From Takakia lepidozioides (lineage: Eukaryota; Plantae; Bryophyta), in assembly GCA_030704615.1 (NCBI GenBank), contig CM060731.1, positions 55,428,001 through 55,492,000 of the forward strand: DNA of 64,000 nt, given 5' to 3'. The translations under genes were made by a program, and so were the position numbers. Of the stretch, positions 23,813-37,257 are shown one piece after another; position 1 is the first letter of the stretch, and each line of letters begins with the position of its first letter. Under the pieces are notes generated by a model. It did no database searches and was not told the DNA's origin. It was given only the letters and a program-made list of their open reading frames with translations.

Positions 23813-25466
23813 TTGACAGGCGGGCTCCGGCAGCGCAGGGCTCAGGCAAGGAGGGCCCACGGTCTCGCGCATTTAACTCCATGTCTAGTGTAAACCAAAT
23901 TTATACATGCACAATGTTGAATGGCATACGTTGTGAGTTAATGTCAAACTGAACGAAAAGCGAGGGATGGACTGAAACTTCTGGACGGAAACTCGTGAAC
24001 GGAAACGTCAACAGATGAATGAGATTTGGATGAAGTTTCGATGTAAGATTCTGGCCGTTCGATCGGATTAGGGTAAGAACGGACGGTCATGACATGCTGT
24101 TTTAATTTAGGTTTTGGGGGGCGCATTACAATCCCCCAGTGCTCTTCATTTTTCATTGTTTCCTCGCTCTATCTCTCTCGCTCTCTCTCTCTCGCTCTAC
24201 TGTGTCTCGTAATCTTTGAGCCTGTGTACCTCTGTTGCTTGCATTCTAATTGCTTACACAATTCTGAGCCTGTTTGGAGGAGATGGAATGTTGTCAAAAG
24301 CTCGGCTAGCCTGTACTGATATACCGCTCTTGCTGTGGCTTGATATTAGCTTCTTTCAGGAACTGAGCCTGGTTTGTCCATCCATTACTTCGATTGATAG
24401 CATTGATCTGCACAACGAATTACTTCACCTCAATGTATTTTGTGAGCCCGCTCAATCGCGACTGTAGCAGAGAGGGAGAGGAGACTTTCGACATTTGAAG
24501 GAGTTTTGCGGACTCCGGTACCAGAGAAAAATCTTCCTCTCTTCCGTTTTCTATGAGATAGATAATCCGCATAGTCTTGACTACCTTATTCAGAGAACAA
24601 TGAAGCTAGAGTAGGTTAATTTATCTTTTCACAGACCGTTGCTTCTCATTAGCTAGCTAATTTCATTTGCAGTGAACGAGCAGTATTATCTGCATTGGCT
24701 GTGAAGGATTTTTTGCACCATATCAAGATAACTCCATCCTTGCATGCGCACCCATATAAGAGTGGCGAAGTTTTGGAACGATGGAGACATTGAGAGGACA
24801 TTGCAACTCTGTTAATCTGATGTGAATGAGAGAATATTAATGTGCAGCACCTGGTGCAGGAACACTAGTGCAGAGCGTTTCGATTGAGACAGGAGCGGAT
24901 TGGCGGATGAATTGAGCGACAGGAGTTGCAATAAGGCTAAACCTCTACTTACACGTAAGTGCTTCGACCTTGTTGATGTGTTTGAAACTAATTTATTTGG
25001 TTCTTGAAAGGAGGAAGGTCTCCTAGTGGAAGGTCTCCTAGTTGTTTTCGTTGAGTTTTTGGATCTTGATACTGCCTTCGTTCAGTTAGAGTTAGTACCA
25101 ACTGTGCCTTGGGAGCTCATGGTCCCTCTGGCCCTGGGGTAGTTATGGTAGAGTACTTCTTGTGTGGCAGATGACTTGGGGAAAAAGCTGTTAACATTGC
25201 GGGCTGTCTATTCAGGTCTTCTCCCATCGTGTATCTTAATAAAATACTATCAAGGTTGGTCAGCCTGCAAGATACAGCTCCAGATATGGCGGATACACCG
25301 GGGGCTGCTATTTCACGAGCGGCATGAGCATGAGCGGAAAAAAACACTCTAGGTCCTCACGCGAATTTCTCCCCTCCTGAGCGCTCGATCTGTGCCCGTC
25401 TTTCTTTCTTTACACCTTGCGTTCGCGGAGTTCCTTCCCGCCGCAGTGCTAGTCTGATAGCAACTC

Positions 25467-25680
25467 ATGGGCACAAGGCGGGATCTCATTTTCATTCAAG
25501 AAGGCGGCTCTGAGATTGCCAAGCTCCGCTCTCCTAAGACAGCTGCGGATGTTTTGAATGCTCTACGGCGTAATGGGGATCTGTTTGATCAAGAGGGAGT
25601 TCTGCTGCTTGGGAGTGATTCCTTGGACCCAGGAGACTATACCTTTAAGCAGGTTGATGCTCCTTCAACAACAGACACAA
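25467..25680 (+). CDS. Probable N-terminal header exon of a Crinkler/CR-type protein (ubiquitin-like, tentative)
   Basis: MGTRRDLIFIQEGG..DVLNALRR.GDLFDQEGVLLLGSDSLDPGDYTFKQ. Follows a CT-rich 5' UTR-like stretch and ends at phase-1 GT donor candidates. Partial repeats at 31153-31260, 48360-48468 and 62866-62970. Confidence 0.5.
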
Positions 25681-28169
25681 GTAAAGGCAGTGGTAAACCC
25701 TTCTCCCTGTCATCGGGGTTTTGTCATCGGGATAATTTAGGTTTTCCTGTGGCGGTCTGAGTTTCTTAGGGCTCGGCAGCCTGAGTTTGCTGATAGTGAG
25801 GTTTAAGTACTTAGGGTTTGTTGTCACCAGATCGTTTCAAGGTTATTGAAAGCTTTGCAAACTTTGTGAAGGCAGGCAGAAGCTCCACTTGCCTTCACTC
25901 CATAAATTTTTGCAAGGCTTTCGTAGCAAGGGTTGTAGGGTATGTCTTCTTGTACTTACTGGAGCTGTTTGTCCCGTAGGTTATGTTTACTCCCGCAGGG
26001 TCCCCTAAATCCCCAACGTCCCGTTTGGTGTAATTCAGAGGTTGTGTAGATTCTTGGCACCTAGGTTGCTGATGCTGGGATCTTTTCTTGATTCTTTTCA
26101 TAACTAGGGTTTGTTTGATGCGTGGCTGCAAATATGAGTAGTATCGTTCAAACCCCTCATTTCTCATGAGTGCCTAGGGTTGTCTTTATTTGTTGCATCG
26201 AGTAGATTACTTAAGTTTTTCCTTATCTGGTTATCTGTAGTTACTCCTGATGAATGAATGAGTTCTCTTTGTTTCCTTTCCCTGAAATATCCTGCAGGTA
26301 GGCATCACCCAGGGTAATTCTCTAGAATGTATTTTCTAGAACGATGCTAATCAGCCTGCTCATAGAGCTGTCGAGCAGTCTGATAAGAGCCAGCGTATGG
26401 CAGCGTCCAATTTATATTCCTAGTCATTTTGTTGGTTGATAGATTGCTGCGGGCAGCGCCTCCTACCCTCAGAGAATGGCTGAAGAAAAAGTTGCCGGAT
26501 CATGTTCTATGGTTTTCAGTTGCCATTTTGTTGAGCTTGCTGCATTGCACTGCTTCTTGGAAATGTCTGGTCGTGAACCTTTGTGGGCACTTTTTGTGCA
26601 AGGTCAGAGGGCAAGCCCTTCTGAATCTCTTGAAGCGCAGTGGTCGGTCAGATTGCGGCAGATGATGGCAGGTTTAAAGTGTTGTGTGGCCTGAAACCCT
26701 AACTCTAAACCGTCATTTTGGTAGTTCACTTGTGAGTGATTGCCGTCCTGGCATCCACTTCTATTTTTATTGTGAGGGAGAGGGAGTCTTCCTTTGTGTC
26801 TCTGGAGCTCTCTTGGATTTTTTGCATCCATAACCATAACCGCAACAGTTTTAGACAGGCTCAATGGCATCCCAAGAGTATGTACAGGGTTAGGGTTTCA
26901 AATCTTCATCTGATTTTTGTTACGTCTCTTGCTTCTTGGTTGAACGGTGTTGTGTCTGTCTTCGCAGACTACTTTCTTTGTGGGATTGTTGGTTATGGAA
27001 ACCATGGTTGATGGTTTAGGGTGTCAGATAGTGCGTCAAGGAGGGAGTCTGGTGAGTGTAAGTTTGTAGGGTTTGCTACCAATGTGTGAAGAATGAGTTT
27101 CTGTTCTCTCTTCAGTACTTTGATGCATGTGACCTGCGAATCAGTAGTGTTGTTCAAACCTTTACGATTTCTTGAGTACCATCTTCAGAAGATAGAAAGC
27201 TCTAGCCGAAATTGTGCGCATGTTTTGAGCTGTTAATTGGTCGATGACAGAATGTGGTTGTTGGTGACTTATGTGAGTTAACCAAAACCGCCTTGGCTGC
27301 AGAACCTTCTGTGACAGTGTTCACCCATTAGCTAGGGTGTCAGATAGTGCGTCATGGAGAGAGTCTGGTGAATGTCGATGGGTTGCCTAGGGCAGTCTGA
27401 GCCCGTTTGTTTTTATGTCTGCAATTCTGATGATGGGCAGGCACATTTGAATTCTTGCAAGACAATTGGGCAGTTGATTGTTGAACCTGCTGCAGTTACT
27501 GATTTGTTCAATGCGTAGCTTGGAGTCAAGTGTTTGCAATTTTTTTGGTTTCTTGGCTGCGTTGTGCACTCAGGGTTTCAACAGCTTCTCCCAATCCCGT
27601 GTGTGATCCTGTGTACGGTTGATACATGCAGTTTATTCATTCGATAGATCCATGTTAACAAGTAAAATATGAGGGGGGTCCTTTGAAAGACACGGTTGTT
27701 TGTTAGGACAGGGTATTTCAAACTGAATCTAGTATCTTGAGATATTTGCATATTTTTAGCATTACAAGCAGCTTCTTGGTAGTGTTTATGGTTTGTTTTT
27801 TTTTTCGTTATGTTTTTTGCTTTGAACCCTCTGAAGCTGCTGGTATGTTATCAATAGTACAGTGATTGCTGTCCTTACACCCTCTTCTAATTTTATTCCA
27901 AGTCGTTTTGTTGGTTGATACTTGTGGTTTATTCTTCTGTAGCACCCCCAGCAGGTAACTGGGTTTGCACTTGAAGGTTTCCAGACCTAAAGGACTATTA
28001 TTTTCTTAAGGTCGGTCAGATTGCGGCAGATGAGGGCAGGTTTAAAGTGTTCTGCGTTCTTGTCTTCTTTTCTCTTCGGTGTGTTACGTTTTCCCAGTCT
28101 ATATACATTGTCTATCACTGTTGTGGTTCTTGCCAAGATCCAGGTAGGGTACATGTATTGGTTGTGCAA

Positions 28170-28560
28170 TTGTTGGTCTTATGATGATTGGCTGTAAGGC
28201 CAACCATAATCTTTTGTCATTACGACCATGGTGGGTTAAGTTTATGTCACTGTACAACTTCTCCCAGTAAAGCCTCTTCTGATCCCTTACAAGCTGATTG
28301 ACCACTTTACGCAGTTGGTAGTATCTAGACCAGAGCATTTTTTCATCTTTGATATTACAGCAGTCCTTATAGAGCGCCTGCCTCTCAGCAATCTTGAGCT
28401 TGATCTCATGGGTCCACCAATTTACTGCTCTACCACAGATAATTAGTTTCCTTCCATGACTCTATTAGCAGCAGAAGTGGCGAAGCTCTCCAAGAATCTA
28501 CAGCACCTTCTACCTCCCTCCTTGTATCACCATGGGCAAGAGGAGAGATCTTGAAGATTT
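28170..28560 (-). pseudogene. Non-LTR retrotransposon ORF2 fragment (EN-RT linker)
   Basis: WWTHEIKLKIAERQALYK..WSRYYQLRKVVNQLVRDQKRLYW..KRLW. Further copies at ~29500-29895, 50520-50900, 51860-52250, 59880-60270 and 61230-61605. Confidence 0.65.
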
Positions 28561-29022
28561 TGCAGTTTATCTGTTTCGTCATTGAGCCTTTGGCTGGACT
28601 CGTTTTTGTTAGCTCTGAGTTTGTGAATCAACGATCTTTCAGAATATTGTGTCAAACCATTCCTAAGTGCTGAGGGTTTGCAGATTAGTTTTTTTCTCAG
28701 CTATGGCTACTGTAAGGGTTGAGCACCTCAGCACACCTCGAGTATTCTTGGTTGGTCACATACGTCTGTTGTGGGGATACTTCTTTTGTAGCACCTACAG
28801 CAGGTATCAGGGTTTTGCTTTACTTCCTGGTTTTGTTGCTTTTCTTTGCTTTTCTGTCTTGAGTTCGAGTAGTTTAAGCAGTCAATGAACACAAGGTCAG
28901 GTGCTTAAAGTTTGCAAATAATTTATTTATTCCGTAGGATGGAATCTGCTCAGATTCAAGATTGGATTGTCGCACCCGCAGCTTCCATTCGCTTCCCTCC
29001 CAGCAATTTCAAGCTCTCTTTA

Positions 29023-29053
<31 letters not shown>

Positions 29054-30159
29054 TCGCTGTACTTGTTCGCTATCGGTCTCTTGCGCTAGTGTGCACCGCA
29101 GCACTAAAGTTCATTACTGCATGTTAGCCACACCGTACCGTGGCCCAGGTTATGTAGATTCTTGGCACCTTGAATTCAGAATCTTTGCTTGATTATGACC
29201 TGTTGTTCTACACGCCCACATACTCATGCAGGTATGCTTTAGGACCGTGTAGGTGAGCCGGAGCAGTTAGGGTTTTGTGCTAAAATGTGTTTTGCTAGCT
29301 CATTGAATGTCCAAGTTTTCCAGACTTAAAAGGACACTTATTTTCTTAAGGTCGATCAGGTTGCGGCAGATGAGGGCAGGTTAAAAGCGTTCTGCATTCT
29401 TGTCTTCTTTCTCTTTGGTGTGTTATGTTTTCCCAGTCTATATACATTGTCTATCACTGTTGTGGTTCTGCCAAGATCCAGGTAGGGTACATGTAGGGTT
29501 GTGCAATTGTTGGTGTTATGATGATTGGCTGTAAGGCCAACCAGAATCTTTTGTCAATATGACCATGGTGGGTTAAGTTTATGTCACTGTACAACTTCTC
29601 CCAGTAAAGCCTCTTCTGATCCCTTACAAGCTGATTGACCTCTTTACGCAGTTGGTAGTATCTAGACCAGAGCGTTTTTTCATCTTTGATATTACAGCAG
29701 TCCTTTTAGAGCGCCTGCCTCTCAGCAATCTTGAGCTTGATCTCATGGGTCCACCAATTTACTGCTCTACCACAGATAATTAGTTTCCTTCCATGACTCT
29801 ATCAGCAGCAGAAGTGGCAAAGCTCTCCCAAGAATCTACAGCACCTTCTACCTCCCTCCCTTGTATCACCATGGGCAAGAGGAGAGATCTTGAAGTGACT
29901 GTGTAAAGTGTGGAGGGTAAAAAGTGGACTAGAAAGTGTTAGCAATTCTTGTTCCTGGGTTGGGTCCTTGGCAGACACGGTTGTTTGTTATTTAGATGTC
30001 GAATTCTGGATGTGCACTCAGGGTTGCGCACTCCTGGCAACTAGGTGTGGTGTAAGTTTCTTGGCTGCGTCCACCCATCAGGGTTTGCAAATAATTTATA
30101 AATTGTGCGCATGTTTTGAGCCGTTAATTGGTCGATGACAGAATGTGGTTGTTGGTGAC

Positions 30160-30965
30160 TTACGTAGCCTTGTGGACATTGACCCCGCGCCCAGTTTGAG
30201 CGGGAACAAAAGGGATAGAACGTACCTCTGTCAGGGGCTGACGTTGGTAGTAAGACTTACCTTGATATATAGAATTAATCCGGGTTTTCCAGATATCCTC
30301 TAGAAATCCCTTCACACAAGCATCAATCTGCTGTGTGTGGCCTCAGCAGGGCCTGGGCTTTCGGCTCAGCCTCGAGACTTTCAAAGTTGGTAAACAGGGG
30401 TACAGGCACAATTCCCTTGATAGATTTGAAGAGAGCGTCTCTTTGGTGAGAGAACCCTGGACAGTGTATCAAAAAATGAATACTGTCTTCAGATAGCCCA
30501 CACAACGGGCAATTGCACTCTCTCTTTCCTCTCTGCTTCTGTTTGCTGTTCAAAGGTAGGCTTCCTGCCCTGAGTTTAAATTTCAGTCTAGTGCCGAGAG
30601 TGGGTAGACCCTTGAGGTCATCCAAGATGTCCTCCCCATGTCACTGACTGGAAACAGGTTCAGGGAAGTTTTCTGCCTAACTTCATTTTCATCAGACAAT
30701 CTCATGGCAAAAGACATGGCTTTGGACACTACAGCCTCTAAGTCAGATTTATCCAGCAGGGTCAAGACTTGCGGCTCCAGGTCCACGTCCTTGAGAATCT
30801 CTTCTACTCTCTTCTGCCAGGACTTAGCCTGTTTGACAGGGCGGTCCTGTTTCCAAGATATAGAGTCGATTAACTTAGGATATCTGGTGTTGGGCATATG
30901 TTGCAGCTGACCCCACCATCTGACCTTGAATTCATCTCGTCGGGAGCTTAAGGACGGAATGCCAA
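30160..30965 (-). pseudogene. Non-LTR retrotransposon ORF2 C-terminal fragment (CCHC zinc knuckle)
   Basis: KLRAGSLPLN..CPLCGLSEDSIHFLIHCP; reverse copy of 48655-49478. Confidence 0.75.
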
Positions 30966-32075
30966 AGATTCAAGATAGAACAACAATAGAACAATAGTGG
31001 AAAGAAAAGGGACAATTCTTCATGATTAGTTTGTTTCTTAGCTATGACTAGTGTTAGGGTAGTGACACTCGGTTAACGATCTCCCTTTGAAGGTGGGGTT
31101 ACTTTATTTTCATACTTGCCCTCTAGACACCCGATGACAATGCAAATCAATATGGGGATTTGTTTAATCAAGAGGGAGTTCTGCTACTTGGGAGCGATTC
31201 CTTGGACCCAGGAGACTATACCTTTAAGCAGGTTGATGCTCCTTCAACAACAGACACAAGTAAAGGCAGTGGTAAACCCTTCTCCCTGTCATCGGGGTTT
31301 TGTCATCGGGATAATTTAGGTTTTCCTGTGGCGGTCTGAGTTTCTTAGGGCTCTGCGGCCTGAGTTTGCTGATAGTGAGGTTTAAGTACTTAGGGTTTGT
31401 TGTCACCAGATCGTTTCAAGGTTATTGAAAGCTTTGCAAACTTTGTGAGGCAGGCAGAAGCTCCACTTGCCTTCACTCCATAAATTTTTGCAAGGCTTTC
31501 GTAGCAAGGGTTGTAGGGTATGTCTTCTTGTACTTACTGGAGCTGTTTGTCCCGTAGGTTATGTTTACTCCCGCAGGGTCCCCTAAATCCCCAACGTCCC
31601 GTTTGGTGTAATTCAGAGGTTGTGTAGATTCTTGGCACTAGGTTGCTGATGCTGGGATCTTTTCTTGATTCTTTTCATAACTAGGGTTTGTTTGATGCGT
31701 GGCTGCAAATATGAGTAGTATCGTTCAAACCCCTCATTTCTCGTGAGTGCCTAGGGTTGTCTTTATTTGTTGCATCGAGTATTTGTGGAGTTCTTGATAC
31801 TTAGGTTTGTTTCTGGAGTTTGTCTGGACAATGATTAGCTAGAGTAACGAGTTGCCTTGTGGTGATTTGAGATTCTTAGGGTCCTGTGGCCTGAGTTTGC
31901 TGATAGTGAGGGGTTCGTTTGTCACCGGATCATGGTAACTTCTGCCTTGATATTCTGGTAGTTGACTGTCATTTTGGTCGTTCACTTGTGAGTGCTTGCC
32001 GTCCTTGCATCCACTTCTATTGTTTTCTGAGTCATGTTGTTGCTGTTGTTGCTGTTTGTGATACATCTCAAGCAG

Positions 32076-33470
32076 GTTATCGCAAAGATCGTTCCGAAGC
32101 TTGGATCAGGTACATGCTGCTCCCACAGCTACCTGAGCTCCCCCAAATAAGGCCGGTCTTGAAAAGGTATTGTTCCCTGAGCAGCATCGGAAGCTTCCTG
32201 TAACGCCGCAGACCTATGAGTCTGTATCAGCAACAATGCCCGAGTTGGCGGCGAATGTTTTAATCGAGACAGATGGTTCAAGACTTCCTTGTTTAGTGGG
32301 AGCCTTCCTATCGCGCCAACTTGAGGAGATAGTCACCGAGATACAAACATCGTTCCTCGTTGCATGCGGCGGCTTGCAAGAGTTCTTTGGCTTTTTCAAG
32401 CAATATGTGGCCGGTTTTAAGGTCACGTTTTCGTTCAATTCTACTGAAAGGGCGCGGTACAGTTTCACCCAAACTACTGCACACCGGACAAGGCCTGATA
32501 CGATTGGCATAGCCTTTGGATGCACCTTCCTAGTAGGTGAAGACAAGGTTGGCAACTTGCTTGCAGCTGAAATCGATCTTCGTTCTAAGATGAGGTCGCT
32601 TAATCCGATGTTTTATGGGGAATTGAAATTTATTCTAGGCTACATAGCAGCAGGCACTGAATTTCAGTGGGTGTACATCGGCAGGAGAGTTCCGAAGGAG
32701 TTGTATCCAGTGGGTCGACGTCTTAACCTATCAGATATTTCTGATCGCTGCCATTTTTACTCAGCGTAGGCTATGCCTTCCAGCTAATGAAGAAAATGCA
32801 TGACTCTGTTCCGGTAGTCCCAGGTCGCCGTGCCATGTTTTCTTTGGAAAAGTCACCGGATGGAAGGAGGAGTATTTACTTTTATGATGACAAAGTGGCG
32901 AAGCACATTAGAGACTTTTCTAGTTATAGTGCTGACCAGGGGACGGATATTACCATGATAAAGAGGGCTTATGTTGCTGCGAGAACATGTAAGTTTCTGC
33001 CGCAGATGGTGGCATTGCCTTTCGAAACTGCTCATGGATCCTACAGAGTTGAGTTTGGTCCTCTTGGATACCAATGCAGATTGGAGTCTGAAGAGGAATG
33101 CAGGTGGATGGCTCAGTGTGTCTGCCAAGCCTTATGTATCCTCCACAGTGCGGGCCTGGTGCACAGGGATATCCGACTCCCAAATATTGTGCGCCTTTCA
33201 GATACAGATTTCATGCTCATCGACCTCGAATCTGTAGCAGATTTTCCTTTCAAATTGTTTGATGGATTTCAGCCTTTCTCAGCCTGGTGTCCGGAGATGT
33301 ATGAGGGCAACCAGTATACGCCCTTTTCAGACATGTATAGTGTTGGCAAACTCCTGGATAGTATATCCCCGTTGCAAGGACAGCACATGCTGAAGACTTT
33401 ATAAGGAAGCTCACTGACAAACAACTCAGTTCATCACAGGCATTACAACATCCTTGGCTATCAGAGTGTG
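32076..33470 (+). pseudogene. Crinkler/CR-type PD-(D/E)xK nuclease-like plus protein kinase exon (K1); three 1-nt frameshifts
   Basis: RPDTIG..FLVGEDK, FYGELKFILGYIAAG, LVHRDIRLPNIV, LIDLE, SDMYSVG, ALQHPWL. Colinear with 45943-47330. AG acceptor at 32074-32075. Frameshifts lie in homopolymers (~32163, ~32756, ~33368). Confidence 0.78.
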
Positions 33471-33892
33471 GGTTTATCCTCATTCATCTCTCATTTTGTG
33501 ACCTTGATGTTTGCTGATGTTTGTGCAAGGTGGTAAAACCTTGTCCTTAGTTGCTACATGTTTGAGGCTCTGCTCTTAAATCTGCAATTGGATTCTCTTT
33601 AACCTATATTCTCTGATTGACCTTTTGTACACTGTTTTATGGCACCTCCAGTTTTTCACATAATTCTAGATGATCTAATCAAACAGACTAAAAAGAAATG
33701 AGAGGTAATTGTTGTTGGCCAAATGAGAGGGAATCCCAGAAAACTGGAGCTGTTGGAATTCATTCTGATTGCACTGTAATTCTTCGAAAGAGTTGTCTGC
33801 TCTGAGCTGGGCATCCCGCTTATTTGAGTCTGCGGTTCTTGCTTAAGCTTGTAGCAAAGTGGTTGTCTAATATGTTGGATGTGTCGTTTGCA

Positions 33893-34160
33893 GGAGTTTT
33901 GACTAGAGGCGGTGGAAAGCGACTGTTGATGCACTTGCTGCTGTGCACTTCTTCATGGGGACATTCGATGCCCTAATATCTTGGTTGATTTTAGGGGGCA
34001 TTAAGGTGTTTGTTTGATCGATTTTGGTATTTCACGACCCATCACCAGTACTGAAGATCGCAAGAGAGAGTGTGTGCAACTGGAAGTCATGTTGGAACAT
34101 GTGCAGAAACTCGGCGATCTTGCTCATAGGGAGGGCATCCCTGCTGGGCGTGTACACTGA
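33893..34160 (+). pseudogene. Degenerate minimal kinase C-terminal fragment (absent from the ORF track)
   Basis: LHGDIRCPNILVDFRGH*GVCLIDFGISR, downstream of a ttgcag acceptor. Confidence 0.6.
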
Positions 34161-36055
34161 ATTTTGATATGTGCAGAATGTTGCTACGAAGAACTTAGTT
34201 CTTGGAGACAAGTGTTGCTGGTTTAATTTTGGAAACCCATGAACTCATTCTGCCATCTGTGTACTCTAGGAGAATGAACCAGAGATTCTTGTACCCAGAG
34301 TGTATAGAGGTTTTTTGGTTTCAAGTGTCCAATAGATCTGTACAGACAATGACCAGCATTTTTTCTTAATGTTTAGGAGAGTTCTTTGTTGGCCTTACTG
34401 GATTTTTTTGGACTCTGCAGATGGGCCTTGGCCATGACAGCCTCAGTTAGGGGACTCCATGATTTCAAAATTCGAGTCAGCAATCCCTTTGATGCACTCT
34501 TATCTTGTTCTTCCGGCAGTCATGTTGGATCATGTTGAAGTTGACCATTGAGGCAGGATTTTGACCTCCGCAACTGCATAGGTGGTTTCACCAATTCTGA
34601 TAACATCCCTGTTCTGGGCTTCCCATGTAATCGTTGATTCCATGTTGAACTCACAGTTCACTCTTCAAGCTAGCTTCCATCAGATAATTGTAGATGTGGA
34701 TAAAGACAAAACTAAAAACTCTGTTTCAGTTTTCGCTCGAGTAAACAAGGTATTCATTATTGTTGATGTGTCATTATTATTCCTCGGAACAAAACAAGAA
34801 AGACAGAGATGAATGGACTTCATTGTATATGAAACCAGAGGCTGGTTTATAGAGCAGTACTTTCAATTTGACAACAACGTTGTTTCATGCTATAAATTTC
34901 AAATGCTAAAAATTTCACTAAGTTTATGAAAAACAAAGATATTGCTTCAATGCTGAATCGAAATGGGGGGGTTTAGGGTGAAGTACCCTAAAACTTTTGA
35001 GGACTCGGTGGTTTGTTTAGATTAAAATCTATAATGAATCAGACCACGATTTCTTGAAACTCTAATAGGAGGGGGCACTAACAAGCCAACCCCTACAAGT
35101 GTCTACTTAAAGGTAATCCATCAGTCGCACCAAGATAATATTTGCAAAGGACACTCTGAAAGATAGCCCTCTGAACTCACAATTCAAATTCGAACCCCAA
35201 AGTTCAAGACATGTGGAGAGGTTCAGAAGTTTATTGCATGTACTAACCATGCTAAGTAGTATAAGCAGCAGTAGAATGATACAATTTCTAAATTGACCGT
35301 ACAAAATTTTAGGCTTTCTCATTGGACCAACAATGCCCAAGGATGTGAAACCACAATCGGGAAAAAGGGAAAGTGAATGATGGCCCTCAAATCATGTAGA
35401 AGGAACTAATGAAATTTAGTCTTCAACTTGACTTGGTGCAAGAGCCAGACTCCCTTAGCCTGTAAAAGTAGACAAGGGTAGAAACACATATAAATGAGTA
35501 GAACTGACCAAGAATTGCCAAGAGTCCCTAGAAATCCTGCACCAAAAACTTGCACAATGAGTAACTAAGAGAACATGCCAAAATTAACTGCCTTGAACAT
35601 TACATTCAATTTTCCAAGCTCATTCTATAGAATACCAATACCTTTTTAGCTTACTAAAAAATTGAATATGAAACATAAACAACCACAACGAGCTCTGAGA
35701 GATCCGACCTCCAAAGCTCCAAACCAGGGCGAGGTCTACATGCAAACAAGGGCATTTAGCATAATTGTATCACGAAGCTTGGCAGGTCATTCAAAATTGG
35801 GTGTCATCATTCGGTTGACCTAATCACTCTTAAATACAAGTGGTGATCGCTCAACAAATATACAAGATTATGTAAGGATCTCAACAACAGTACTGAAGGG
35901 ACCCAAACCTCTTTGCCATCGTTTATTGCAGTTACCACCTCTTGCAACCTTTCAACCTCTACCTCTTTACTTGCCACTTTCTACCTGCTCTAACCTAAAC
36001 CCTAAACCTTAACTCATTCCTTATTCTATAATGTGAAAAGCTAGTTTGCAACATT

Positions 36056-36403
36056 TTTAAGGGTTTAGGGTTCAGGGTTCACAGAAAGTGTCAAAACAAA
36101 ATGTTGTGCGAGTACAACGTGGATGCACCGGGTGCAAAATAAACACAATCCGGGCAAACAAAGTTTTAGGAGGCCTGTTATGCACCCTGGAAAAATTTCA
36201 GATCCTGTGAATCAAACCTAAAAAGAGAGATCCCGAGAGACAGGAGGAAACTAGAATAGAAGTATGTGAGGTGTCCTGAAATGCTGAAATGAATTGCAAA
36301 CCTATGCAGAGGCAAAAGTGCGTATGAGAACTATTTCACTGTATGCACAGGAGAATATAACCCTATCTCTGTTTTGCAAGAGAATGGACACACTAGGAAC
36401 AAC
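36056..36403 (-). mobile_element. Telomeric tract plus diverged, 5'-truncated unit A1
   Basis: gggtttagggttcagggttcacagaaagtgtcaaaac..., the reverse complement of the A1 3' part. Confidence 0.75.
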
Positions 36404-37257
36404 ACTTTCACTGTAGTGCTGGATGAAGCGTAGGTGTTGGGAAGGAAAAAATGTAAAATGACTATGAATCCCTACGAGACGAAAGAGCTAAGGTCCATTT
36501 TTCTCCGTTGATCAAAGCCCTAGTGGGGCCATCTATGGCATTGGCCAGAAAAAAAGCATTTGGAAAGTATTGTTGCTAGTACAGGTTTTGTAGCTTTGAA
36601 GCTGGAAGAGGGACATGGACATAGGTTCGCTGATTGCAAAAGAAGGGGGGTGGTGGCCGGTTCAATTTCTTCTGCTCCATTTTCTTCATGGACAGATGTG
36701 CGTCGTTCAGGTTCTGAAATTCTGCAGCGAGTACCTGAAGCTAGAGGATGATCATATGGAGGACAATGCACAGTATCTGCTGGAAAAGTTCAGAGGCCGT
36801 CGAAGGTGTTTGGTAAGTTGTGTCGAGCGCCTTCTGAGGAAGGCTAGAGGAAGATGGGATATAACGGTAGTAGACAACTATTTCAAGGAGATCACAAGCA
36901 ACACCAATGACAGCACTTCCATTTATTATGCTGTGAGCGCTCTGTGTGGAGCAAAAGGAACATTTGTCCTGAAAGAAGAATCGTTCAATGGTGCTTCCTT
37001 GGTGCAAAGAATAGGAACCTCCTTTGCCTATGCAGGGAGGGGAGAAACATACCGTTTCAAACGGACGGAGATATGACTTTGCTCGAGTGTGTGGCCTTGG
37101 ACAGCTACACCATTCAACAGGTTCCCAATTCACTTTCTCTATAGTCGAACCGACAGTCCATCATAGCATCATGAACTATTTGACGATCAACCATTCATTT
37201 GAGAAATCACTTAAAGACTACATGGTTGATTGCAAGGATGATCCCAGTGCAATGGGT
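36404..37257 (+). pseudogene. Fragment of a probable CR-type P-loop NTPase gene
   Basis: FTVVLDEA*VL (Walker B-like) at ~36405-36440, then YLLEKFRGRRRCLVSCVERLL and LLECVAL. Stops and frameshifts present. Ends at a telomeric tract. Confidence 0.4.

Larger units (their letters stand above)
24287..32300 (+). repeat. Segmental duplication, copy 1
   Basis: 24287-31860 is inverted at 47765-56135 (with local rearrangement). 26203-32300 is repeated directly at 57913-64000. The ORF track shows matching translations. Confidence 0.92.
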
